Shown here piece after piece: positions 32,927 to 45,480 of a stretch of DNA of 53,388 nt (position 1 is its first letter; each line of letters starts with the position of its first letter). Location of the stretch: assembly GCA_963575745.1 (NCBI GenBank), contig CAUYUJ010000320.1, positions 62,001-115,388 of the forward strand. The letters run 5' to 3'. Below the pieces are notes generated by a model. It made no database searches. It saw nothing but the letters and a program-made list of their open reading frames with translations, and was not told the DNA's origin. The DNA is from Prorocentrum cordatum (taxonomy: Eukaryota). The translations under genes and the position numbers were made by a program.

Positions 32927-35104
32927 CTCCTCCTCCTCCTCCTCCTCCTCCTCCTCCTCCTTGGCATGCCAGTCATGATGGCCATAAACAGCTTGAAAAA
33001 TAACCCGCACGCGCCATCGATTTCCGCCAGGGCTTTGTAGGGCGGCCCTTTGGGGCCAAGGGCCCACGCCCGAGATTGCCGGGTTACCCGCTCGACGACC
33101 TCCATGGTAGGCTGGCTGACTGGCTTTGGAAAAGTCCCACTGGTGCTGCCACTACGCCAGGTGCGCGCGGATGTCCCCACGCCCGCCGCCTTGGCGCTGA
33201 AGATCGGTCTCCGGTGCTCCACGCGGGAGTGCGCCCTGCTAGACGCGTGCCTCGCCCGCGTGGGACCCACCGCCTGCGAGGGATGGTGGCTCTCGCCCAG
33301 CATACCAGCGAGCCACATGCTCCTTCATTCCGAGGAGCGCCACACTCGGAGCTGGCGCTCGGCAGTGGCCAGGGCGCGGAGCCAGCCAGTCCAGTCAACG
33401 TGTCGCTGGTGCTGTTGAATGTGATGGGGGGCCTCGTTCAATTGGGCCTCAGCCATTCCGTTTTCATGATGTTGGTGATGTTGGCGAAAGTGGCGACGCC
33501 CGTGATAGGGGGCGCCGCTGTCCATGTCCGGGCGCGCCCGTCCCAACTCAGTTGCTGGCGGCCGTTCGCCCAGGCGGGCGCCTCGCCGCCAAACCGCGCG
33601 AGCGATGCTGCGCAGGGTGGCCTAATGGGTTTCCTTGGCGCTGCCGAGGGTGCTGGAGACTGGCCGCCGCTGGATCTCGGATAAGACGGACTGCGCTGCC
33701 CGTGCCAGCACTTGCCTCATGTCCGCGAGCTTCGAATGGACCGAGCCGCACGCTGCGCGCGAGTCCTTTGTGAGGGGTCGCAGCGTTTTTGTTATAGCTC
33801 GCCGAAATCGCGAGAAGGATCGGGGCGTGGTCGCTGACGCTGCAATCGATGACCGTCGCGACGTCTTCGGCCGTCTGTATGACAATGGAATAGAAGAGAC
33901 CGAACTCTATACGCCAGCACCTTTTCCGGCCCCGCATTGAAGCTCGCACAGGAAAGCGGATCCTGATGTATACGGGATCCTGGTGTATACATTCTTTGTT
34001 GTTACCCCAGGAAAACGGGCAAACAAGTATACGCCACACCACCCCGACGTCATCCCCGACCTTCAAAAAGTCCTGGTTTTGAAAGTCAGCCAGCCACTGG
34101 CGATGTATATGCTCTAGTTTCCGAAAGCACTGGCTCACCCCGCGAAGTGCTCCACAGTAATATGAGGTTCAGCGTGGTCGTGTTTTGGGAGGACCTTGCG
34201 AAGTGCGTTGGGACGTCCTTGATAATCTCGAGCGAGCAGTCGAACAACGGTTGCCCCCATCGGGGTTGACATTGATGTCGGGGAGGCGGAGGGGGGTGGG
34301 AAGGGGGGGGGGGAGGCAGAGGTGAAGGAGGTTCGACGCCAATGAAGTGAAGAGTCGAGGGGAGAGAAAATCCGGGTCGGGTGCCCACACGCCGACAGGG
34401 TCGGCGGATTCCCAAGGATTTCCTTAAGTTTCCTAGGAATTCTTCCGGGATGACGGGAAGCGTCTTCGAGGTACGAGAAGCAAGCGGGACGTTCTGGCTG
34501 AATCCTTGAGTAAATATATATATATATATATCTTTATATCTATGGGTTGCCGCGCTGCACGGGATTTTTCGTTGGCGGATGACGGGAAGCGTCTTCGAGG
34601 TACGAGAAGCAAGCGGGACGTTCTGGCTGAATCCTTGAGTAAATATATCTTTTCTTTAACTATATGGGTTGCCGCGCTGCACGGGATTTTTCGTTGGCGG
34701 ATGACGGGAAGCGTCTTCGAGGTACGAGAAGCAAGCGGGACGTTCTGGCTGAATCCTTGAGTATATATATATATATATATATCTTTATATCTATGGGTTG
34801 CGCGGGCGCACGGGATTTTTCATTGGCGGATTCCCCAAAATGGCCATTTCGCTCGAGACATCCTCGAAAAATCGAGGTGTTGGAGGCTATCGTTTAAGAC
34901 GTTTTATGTTAAAAATGACGGTTTCGCTCGAGACATCCTCAAAAAATCGGGATGTTGAAAAATATCAAAAATTTTTTGTTATGCATGAAAAATGAGCGTT
35001 TCGCTCGAGACATCCTCGAAAACATGAGATGCCGACAGAGGTGTTTTAGAACCTCTTATGTTAAAAATGACGTTTTCGCTCGGGACGTCCTCAGAAAATG
35101 AGCA

Positions 35105-38100
35105 GGTGGTCTGCCGTGCTCCTGTGTGGAGCACGGCAGACCACGGCCATTTCGCTCGAGACATCCTCAAAAAATCGAGGGGTGGTCTGCCGTGCTCCTG
35201 TGTGGTCTGCCGTGCTCCTGTGGTCTGCCGTGCTCCCCACAGGAGCACGGCAGACCGCGCGTAGGAACCGAGAGGAGCACGGCAGACCAAGACGAGGAGC
35301 ACGGCGGACCAGGCTTAGGAACCGAGAGGAGCACGGCAGACCAAGACGAGGAGCACGGCAGACCAGGCACCAAGAGCGCCCTGAAGACGACGGAAAGGAT
35401 GACCAAGACGAGGAGCACGGCAGACCAAGACGAGGAGCACGGCAGACTATGCAGGAAGAGTGCCCTCAAGACGGCCGAACAACGGCAGACCCCCTAGGAT
35501 CACGGCAGACCACAGAAGAGCACGGCAGACCAACCGGAGCACGGCAGACCACACAAGAGCACGGCAGGCCACACAGGAGCACGGCAGACCACACAGGAGC
35601 ACGGCAGACCACGGCGGAACATACTGAAGTACAGCAGAACGCACACAACACACGGCAGACTCCACGGGAGCACGCCAGACCACACAGGAGCACGGCAAAC
35701 CACACACGAGCACGGCAGACCATACAGGAGCACGCCAAACCACACAGGAGCACGGCAGACCACACGTTCGCACGGCAAACTCCACAGGAGCACGGCAGAC
35801 ACCAAAGAAGCACGGCAGTGGTGTTGCTGGTGTGGTCCCCTCGGGATACCGCATTGACGTGTTGCTGGTTTGCCCCCCCCCAGGATAGCTTCTTGACGTG
35901 TTGCTGGTTTGTCCCCTCAGCACCTTCTTGACGTGTTGCTGGTTTGCCCCCTCAGGATGACTTCTTGGCGAGTGGCTGGTTTTGCCTCAGGGTAATGACG
36001 GGAAGCGTCTTCGAGGTACGAGAAGCAAGCGGGACGTTCTGGCTGAATCCTTGAGTACACATATACATATCTTTATATCTACGGGTTGCTTTATCGCACG
36101 GGATTTTTCGTTGGCGGATTCCCCAAAATGGCCATTTCGCTCGAGACATCCTCGAAAAATCGAGGTGTTGGAGGCTATCGTTTAAGACGTCTTAGGAACC
36201 GAGAGGAGCACGGCAGACCAAGACGAGGAGCACGGCAGACCAGGCTTAGGAACCGAGAGGAGCACGGCAGACCAAGACGAGGAGCACGGCAGACCAGGCA
36301 CCAAGAGCGCCCCCAAGACGACGGAAAGGATGACCAAGACAAGGAGCACGGCAGACTAAGACGAGGAGCACGGCAGACTATGCCCTAAGAGTGCACTCAA
36401 GACGGCCGAACAACGGCAGACCCCATAGGAGCACGGCAGACCACAGAAGAGCACGGCAGACCAACAGGAGCACGGCAGACCACACAAGAGCACGGCAGGC
36501 CACACAGGAGCACGGCAGACCACACAGGAGCACGGCAGACCACAAAGGAGCACGGCAGACCACACAAGAGCACGGCAGACCCCACAAGAGCACGGCAGAC
36601 CCCACAGGAGCACGGCAGACCCCACAGGAGCACGGCAGAGCAGACCCAAAAGGAGCACGGCAGACCACACAGGAGCAAGGCAAACCACAGGAGCACGGCA
36701 GACCACACAGGAGCACGGCAGACCCCACAGTAGCAAGGCAGACCCCAAAGGAGCACGGCAGACCACCGGAGCACGGCAGACCACACAGGAGTACGGCAGA
36801 CCCCACATGAGCACGGCAAATCCCAAATGAGCACGGCAGACCACAAGAGCACGGCAGACCACACAGGAGCACGGCAGACTCCACAGGAGCACGGCAGACC
36901 ACAAAGGAGCACGGCAGACCACACAGGAGCCCGGCAGACGCCACAGGAGCACGGCAGACGCCACAGGAGCACGGCGGAACCCACAGGAGCACGGCAGACC
37001 GCGCGCGGGTACAACATAAACGCGCCTTTTTGTTGTACCCCGAACGCCGCTGGCGTTTCCCCAACAGGAGCACGGCAGATCTCACAGGCGCGCGGCAGAC
37101 CCCAAATGAGCACGGCCGACCACAGGAGCACGGCAGACCCCAAATGAGTACGGCAGACCCCAAAAGAGCACCGTAGACGCCTCAGGAGCACGGCTGACCA
37201 CACAGGAGCACGGCAGCCTGGGCCGGTTCCGGCGCCGGCCGGCGCCGGAAAATTGAATTCCGAGGCGGTGCCGAAAAAAAGCCACTCCAAGACATATTTT
37301 TCTTTCGAAAATATTGATTTTCTGCTCCCGGCGCCCGGGAACCCCTTCCGGGCCGCTTCCGGCACCCGGGCCGGCGCTCGAGCCGAACGCCTGGGCCAGC
37401 ACCCGGGCCAGCGCCCGGGCCGGTTCCGGCGCCGGCCGGCGCCGGAAAATTGAATTCCGAGGCGGTGCCGAAAAAAGGCCACTCCAAGACATATTTTTCT
37501 TTCGAAAATATTGATTTTCTGCTCCCGGCGCCCGGGAACCCCTTCCGGGCCGCTTCCGGCACCCGGGCCGGCGCTCGAGCCGAACGCCTGGGCCAGCACC
37601 CGGGCCAGCGCCCGGGCCGGTTCCGGCGCCGGCCGGCGCCGGAAAATTGAATTCCGAGGCGGTGCGGAAAAAAGGCCACTCCAAGACATATTTTTCTTTC
37701 GAAAATATTGATTTTCTGCTCCCGGCGCCCTGGAACCCCTTCCGGGCCGATTCCGGCACCCAGGCCGGCGCTCGAACCGAACGCCCGGGCCGGCACCTGG
37801 GCTGGCGGCCGACGCGCGATGCGCTGCCACAAGCCAGCTTCCCGCAAGATCGGTCCAGAGTGGGAGGGGACGGAGCTGGGCGGGTGAAGGACCACCAGAG
37901 CACTGCTCCAGCCTTCCCTCAGCCCTGGGTCTGCTGACCACACAGGAGCACGGCAGACCACACAGGAGCGCGGCAAACCACAAAGGAGCAAGGCAGACCC
38001 CAAATGAGCACGGCAGTCCACACGTTCGCACGGCAGACCGCACAGGAGCACGGCAGACCGCACATGAGCACGGCAGACCAAGAAGGAGCACGGCAGACCA

Positions 38101-41100
38101 CACAGGAGCACGGCAGACCACACAGGAGCACGGCAGACCACACAGGACACGGCAGACCCCACGGGAGCACGGCAGACCACACAGGAGCACGGCAAACCAC
38201 ACAAGAGCACGGCAGACCATACAGGAGCACGCCAGACCACACAGGAGCACGGCAGACCACACGTTCGCACGGCAAACTCCACAGGAGCACGGCAGACCCC
38301 AAAGGAGCACGGCAGACCACAGGAGCACGGAAGACCGCACAGGAGCACGGCAGACCACACAGGAGCACGGCAAACCAAGAAGGAGCACGGCAGACCACAG
38401 GAGCACCGCAGACGCCACAGAAGCACGGCAGATCGTCGTCGTCGTCATCGTCGTCGTCGTCGTCTTCGTCAATAACGATCTCGAAAATTACGACAAAAAA
38501 CGATGACAGAAAACGACCACAAACATAACACAAAAACCAACCGAACACGGAATCCAACAACAAAAAAACAATCAGAAAAACGACCGCAATCATAAAATGA
38601 TAACGACGGCGACAGCGAGAACGGCAACAGCGGACGATTATAATGAAAACGACGACCACGACAAAGGAAAGGCACGCGACGACGACGACGGACAAACAAA
38701 AGACAAGACAGGCTGGAACAGAAAAAGTAGGCTGGGCGACAACGGGTGGGGGCCCGCGTGGCCGAGAGAAAAGCACGGTGTCGACACCATGATGTGGCCA
38801 GGGCAGCAGACTACCTCGACAGACCAGCGCGGCAGGCCACCATTTAGTCTGTTCTGTTGCGTTTATGGGTTTCTCTGACGTTCTCGCCAATACGGTCTCT
38901 GACGCACGTGGTGGATAAAAAACGGCGCTTCCCGTTCTTGTCCGGTCAGGTATCTATGGGTTGCGGGATTGCACGGGGTTTTCGTTGGCGGATTCCCCAA
39001 AATGGCCATTTCGCTCGAGACATCCTCAAAAAATCGAGGTGTGGTCTGCCGTGCTCCTGTGTGGTCTGCCGTGCTCCTGTGGTCTGCCGTGCTCCCCACA
39101 GGAGCACGGCAGACCGCGCGCAGGAACCGAGAGGAGCACGGCAGACCAAGACGAGGAGCACGGCAGACCAGGCACTGAAACCGAGAGGAGCACGGCAGAC
39201 CAAGACGAGGAGCACGGCAGACCAGGCACCAAGAGCGCCCTCAAGACGACGGAAAGGATGACCAAGACGAGGAGCACGGCAGACCAAGACGAGGAGCACG
39301 GCAGACTATGCCCTAAGAGTGCCCTCAAGACGGCCGAACAACGGCAGACCCCATAGGAGCACGGCAGACCACAGAAGAGCACGGCAGACCAACAGGAGCA
39401 CGGCAGACCACACAAGAGCACGGCAGGCCACACAGGAGCACGGCAGACCACACAGGAGCACGGCAGACCACAAAGGAGCACGGCAAACCACACAAGAGCA
39501 CGGCAGACCCCACAAGAGCACGGCAGACCCCACAGGAGCACGGCAGACCCCACAGGAGCACGGCAGAGCAGACCCAAAAGGAGCACGGCAGACCACACAG
39601 GAGCAAGGCAAACCACAGGAGCACGGCAGACCACACAGGAGCACGGCAGACCCACAGTAGCAAGGCAGACCCCAAAGGAGCACGGCAGACCACCGGAGCA
39701 CGGCAGACCACACAGGAGTACGGCAGACCCCACATGAGCACGGCAAATCCCAAATGAGCACGGCAGACCACAAGAGCACGGCAAACCACACAGGAGCACG
39801 GCAGACTCCACAGGAGCACGGCAGACCACAAAGGAGCACGGCAGACCACACAAGAGCCCGGCAGACGCCACAGGAGCACGGCAGACGCCACAGGAGCACG
39901 GCGGAACCCGCAGGAGCACGGCAGACCGCGCGCGGGTACAACATAAACGCGCATTTTTGTTGTACCCCGAACGCCGCTGGCGTTTCCCCAACAGGAGCAC
40001 GGCAGATCTCACAGGCGCGCGGCAGACCCCAAATGAGCACGGCCGACCACAGGAGCACGGTAGACCCCAAATGAGTACGGCAGACCCCAAAAGAGCACCG
40101 TAGACGCCTCAGGAGCACGGCTGACCACACAGGAGCACGGCAGACCACACAGGAGCGCGGCAAACCACAAAGGAGCAAGGCAGACACCAAATGAGCACGG
40201 CAGTCCACACGTTCGCACGGCAGACCGCACAGGAGCACGGCAGACCCCACATGAGCACGGCAGACCAAGAAGGAGCACGGCAGACCACACAGGAGCACGG
40301 CAGACCACACAGGACACGGCAGACCCCACGGGAGCACGGCAGACCACACAGGAGCACGGCAAACCACACAAGAGCACGGCAGACCATACAGGAGCACGCC
40401 AGACCACACAGGAGCACGGCAGACCACACGGTCGCACGGCAAACTCCACAGGAGCACGGCAGACCCCAAAGAAGCACGGCAGTGGTACGTGGCACTGCTG
40501 TGGTATGCCGTACTAAAAACGTGGAATATCTCATAAGCCCAGGGGACAAAAGAACGCTTCCCGTTCTTGTCCGGTCAGGTTCCCCAAAATGGCCATTTCG
40601 CTCGAGACATCTTCAAAACATCGAGGTGTGGTCTGCCGTGCTCCTGTGTGGTCTGCCGTGCTCCCCACAGGAGCACGGCAGACCGCGCGCAGGAACCGAG
40701 AGGAGCACGGCAGACCAAGACGAGGAGCACGGCAGACCAGGCACTGAAACCGAGAGGAGCACGGCAGACCAAGACGAGGAGCACGGCAGACCAGGCACCA
40801 AGAGCGCCCTCAAGACGACGGAAAGGATGACCAAGACGAGGAGCACGGCAGACCAAGACGAGGAGCACGGCAGACTATGCCCTAAGAGTGCCCTCAAGAC
40901 GGCCGAACAATCATCAAACAAACAATGAGTCTAACGTCGTCTTGGAATCGTTTTTGAGGGCATCAGTACGGCCCCCCAAAAACAAAATCGGCCCAAAGAT
41001 GACCCGCATAGTGCCCTCAATACGGCCGACCATGACGATTTCGCTGGGGACCGTGTTTCATAATTAAGATGATCAGCACCGTCTGTTGCAACAACGCTGG

Positions 41101-44100
41101 GCTGGTCTGCCGTTCTCCTGTGGTCAGCTGTGCTGCTCTGCCGTGCTCCTGCGGTCTGCCGTTCTGGTCTGCCGTTCTGGTCTGCCGTGCTCCTGTGGTC
41201 TGCCTTCATGGTCTGCCGTGCTGCTGCCGTCTGTCGTGTTGCTGCGCTGTGCCGTGTAAGCTGATAAACCGGTCAGACCGATGAAGAAAACGAGAGTCGG
41301 GTTACAACGGCTACGCAGATTTAAACTGCTAGTCCAAAGGCTCTCCAGAGGACCCCAACATCTCCCAAGCACACCCCGAGAAGTCCATCATCATCATCAT
41401 CCTCATCATCATCATCATCATCATCATCATCTCATCATCACCATCATCATCACCATACTCATACTCATACTCATCATCATCCTCCTCCTCCTCCTCATCA
41501 TCATCATTATCATCATCGTACGCATCACCATCACCATCAGCAGCAACATGATCATCACCAACAACAGCAGCGTCAATGACATGCTCTGGTCTGCTATGTT
41601 CCTATGGGCTGCCGTGCTGGTCTGCCGTGCTGGTCTGCCGTGCCGGACTGCCGTGCTCGTCTGCCGTGTCGGTGTGTTGTGCTGGTCTGCCGTGCGGGTC
41701 TGCTGTTCTGGTCTGCCGTGCTGAAGCTGAAGCTTTGGGGGCTTAAAGCCAGAGAAAGAGAGAGACATAGAGAGATAGAGAGGGAGAGAGATTCTCTAAC
41801 TAAGGGGTACGGGCTCCATCCCGAAACTCGTTGGCGGTTCTCTAACTAAGGGGTACGGGCTCCATCCCGAAACTCGTTGGCGGATGACGGGAAGCGTCTT
41901 CGAGGTACGACAAGCAAGCGGGACGTTCTGGCTGAATCCTTGAGTAAATATATCCTTTCTTTAACTATATGGGTTGCCGCGCTGCACGGGATTTTTCGTT
42001 AACGGATTCCCCAAAATGGTCTGGCGTGCTCCTGTGTGGTCTGCCGTGCTCTTGTGTGGTTTGCCGTGCTCCTGTGTGGTCTGCCGTGCTCCCGTGGGGT
42101 CTGCCGTGTCCTGTGTGGTCTGCCGTGCTCCTGTGTGGTCTGCCGTGTTCCGGAAAATTGGCCGTTTCGCTCGGGACGTCCTCAAAAAATCGGCTCCGGA
42201 GGGGACTCCGAAGCAGCATTATCTTGGAATCGCTCCCGGAGGGCCTCCAAACGGCCCAAGAAAGCCCCCGAAGGCCCCCCAGAGGACCCCCAGAGCGCCC
42301 CAAGAGACCCCCAAGAGGCCCCCAAGGGGCGGCCAGAGGCCCGCCAGAGCGCCCAAAACGCCCCAAGAGACCCCCAAGAAGCCCCCCAGGGGCTCCAAAG
42401 AGGCGGCCAGAAGTCCCCCAGAACGCGCGAAAAGGCTCCAGGAGTTCCCTGAGAGCTTCAAAACGCCCCATAGAGCCCCCGAAGGCCCCCCCCGGGACTC
42501 CCCCAAGAGGCCCCCGAGAGGCCACAGGCTACGACAGCCCCAAGAGCGTCCAAGATACCTCCAAGACGGCGCCGAAGCCAGGAAACGCAACAGGGATGCC
42601 CGCAGGGCGTTCAGAGATGGTCTCACGCTCTGCAGCAACACCATGCTTTCAGGGTCCGCGGATATTCCTTTCTGATTCGCGGCTGCCTGCTTCTTCTCTC
42701 AACGGCGGACTGCAGCAACACCGTGCTTTCATGTTCGGAGGAGTTTCCTTTCGATTCGCGGCTGCCTGCTTCTTCTCTCAATCCCGGATGTCTGTGACCC
42801 TGTACCTTACGATGTATTTAGCCTCGAGTCTGCTCCGAAGGAGCCGATGCGGACGCGTAGGTGATAGGGGAGGAAAGAGGGAGGAGGAAAGGGAGGAAGG
42901 GAGAGAGAGGGGGGTGGGCGGAGAAGGAGACAACGAGGATCATCGAATGGTCAGGGGCGGGGTGGCCAGGAAAAATGGCCGTTTCGCTCGGGACATCCTC
43001 AAAAAATCGGCTCCGGAGGGGACTCCGAAACAGCATTATCTTGGAATCGCTCGCGGAGGGCCTCCAAACGGCCCAAGAGAGACCCCGAAGGCCCCCCAGA
43101 GGACCCCCAAAGCGCCCCAAGAGACCCCCAAGAGCCCCCAGGACGGCCCCCAAGACGACCCACGGTGCCGCCAGGACGGCCCAGGATGTCCTCAGGACGG
43201 CCTCGAGACGGCCTCCAGACGAACTCGAGGATGACGGGAAGCGCCTCCGGCGTGCACCGTTGGTTCTGGGGCTTACTTTTCTCTAACTAAGGGGTACGGG
43301 CCCGCACTTCGGAACTCGCTGGCGGCGGCCTGCGGCAGCAGAGGGACGCGGGCACCCCGAGCCAGCCGGCAAAGGTCCTCTTGCTCGTCGTCGTCGTCGT
43401 CGTCGTCGTCTTCGTCAATAACGATCTCGAAAATTACGACAAAAAACGATGACAGAAAACGACCACAAACATAACACAAAAAACAACCGAACACGGAATC
43501 CAACAACAAAAAAACAATCAGAAAAACGACCGCAATCATAAAATGATAACGACGGCGACAGCGAGAACGGCAACAGCGGACGATTATAATGAAAACGACG
43601 ACCACGACAAAGGAAAGGCACGCGACGACGACGACGGACAAACAAAAGACAAGACAGGCTGGAACAGAAAAAGTAGGCTGGGCGACAACGGGTGGGGGCC
43701 CGCGTGGCCGAGAGAAAAGCACAGTGTCGACACCATGATGTGGCCAGGGCAGCAGACTACCTCGACAGACCAGCGCGGCAGGCCATCATTTAGTCTGTTC
43801 TGTTGCGTTTATGGGTTTCTCTGACGTTCTCGCCAATACGGTCTCTGACGCACGTGGTGGATAAAAAACGGCGCTTCCCGTTCTTGTCCGGTCAGGTTCC
43901 CCAAAATGGCCATTTCGCTCGAGACATCCTCAAAAAATCGAGGTGTGGTCTGCCGTGCTCCTGTGTGGTCTGCCGTGCTCCTGTGGTCTGCCGTGCTCCC
44001 CACAGGAGCACGGCAGACCGCGCGCAGGAACCGAGAGGAGCGGCAGACCAAGACGAGAGCACGCAGACCAGGCACTGAAACCGAGAGGAGCACGGCAGAC

Positions 44101-44728
44101 GAGGACACCGCAGACCAGGCACCAAGAGCGCCCTCAAGACGACGGAAAGGATGACCAAGACGAGGAGCACGGCAGACCAAGACGAGGAGCACGGCAGACT
44201 ATGCCCTAAGAGTGCCCTCAAGACGGCCGAACAATCATCAAACAAACAATGAGTCTAACGTCGTCTTGGAATCGTTTTTGAGGGCATCAGTACGGCCCCC
44301 CAAAAACAAAATCGGCCCAAAGATGACCCGCAGAGTGCCCTCAATACGGCCGACCATGACGATTTCGCTGGGGACGTGTTCAATAAATTAAGAGTGTATC
44401 AGCACCGTCTGCTGCAACAACGCTGTGCTGGTCTGCCGTTCTCCTGTGGTCAGCTGTGCTGCTCTGCCGTGCTCCTGCGGTCTGCCGTTCTGGTCTGCCG
44501 TTCTGGTCTGCCGTGCTCCTGTGGTCTGCCTTCCTGGTCTGCCGTGCTGCTGCCGTCTGTCGTGTTGCTGCGCTGTGCCGTGTAAGCTGATAAACCGGTC
44601 AGACCGATGAAGAAAACGAGAGTCGGGTTACAACGGCTACGCAGATTTAAACTGCTAGTCCAAAGGCTCTCCAGAGGACCCCAACATCTCCCAAGCACAC
44701 CCCGAGAAGTCCATCATCATCATCATCC

Positions 44729-44779
<51 letters not shown>

Positions 44780-45480
44780 CCATACTCATACTCATACTCA
44801 TCATCATCCTCCTCCTCCTCCTCCTCATCATCATCATTATCATCATCGTACGCATCACCATCACCATCAGCAGCAACATGATCATCACCAACAACAGCAG
44901 CGTCAATGACATGATCTGGTCTGCTATGTTCCTATGGGCTGCCGTGCTGGTCTGCCGTGCTGGTCTGCCGTGCCGGACTGCCGTGCTCGTCTGCCGTGTC
45001 GGTGTGTTGTGCTGGTCTGCCGTGCGGGTCTGCTGTTCTGGTCTGCCGTGCTGAAGCTGAAGCTTTGGGGGCTTAAAGCCAGAGAAAGAGAGAGACATAG
45101 AGAGATAGAGAGGGAGAGAGATTCTCTAACTAAGGGGTACGGGCTCCATCCCGAAACTCGTTGGCGGTTCTCTAACTAAGGGGTACGGGCTCCATCCCGA
45201 AACTCGTTGGCGGATGACGGGAAGCGTCTTCGAGGTACGACAAGCAAGCGGGACGTTCTGGCTGAATCCTTGAGTAAATATATCTTTTCTTTAACTATAT
45301 GGGTTGCCGCGCTGCACGGGATTTTTCGTTAACGGATTCCCCAAAATGGTCTGGCGTGCTCCTGTATGGTCTGCCGTGCTCTTGTGTGGTTTGCCGTGCT
45401 CCTGTGTGGTCTGCCGTGCTCCCGTGGGGTCTGCCGTGTCCTGTGTGGTCTGCCGTGCTCCTGTGTGGTCTGCCGTGTTC
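35105..45480. repeat. Satellite of about 20 bp (CACAGGAGCACGGCAGACCA) in arrays of both orientations
   Basis: Very many GAGCACGGCAGAC cores separated by short variable linkers; this explains the CRAP/WSAVLL pseudo-ORFs. Confidence 0.95.
37218..37800. repeat. 197-bp tandem repeat, three copies
   Basis: Near-identical ORFs at 37253, 37450 and 37647; contains the 24-nt palindrome TTCCGGCGCCGGCCGGCGCCGGAA. Confidence 0.95.

Larger units (their letters stand above)
29330..34260 (-). mobile_element. Decayed LINE ORF2 (APE endonuclease, RT, C-terminal Cys/His region), interrupted by MITEs and a microsatellite
   Basis: SVSDHAPI (endonuclease SDH, about 33830), WALGPKGPPY (SPGPDG-like), SFDFGAAFTSAAR (RT DFxxAF, about 32370), QLGCRG near the 3' end. 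Confidence 0.7.

Noticed and set aside
36356..40469. Long ORFs (up to 691 aa) rich in Cys/Trp
   Set aside because: These are translations of the stop-free 20-bp satellite, open in several frames at once.
35105..45480. CRISPR-like repeat-spacer array
   Set aside because: The 13-bp cores are separated by only 4-8 nt of recurrent linker. There are no unique 25-45 nt spacers and no cas genes, and the context is eukaryotic, so this is a satellite.
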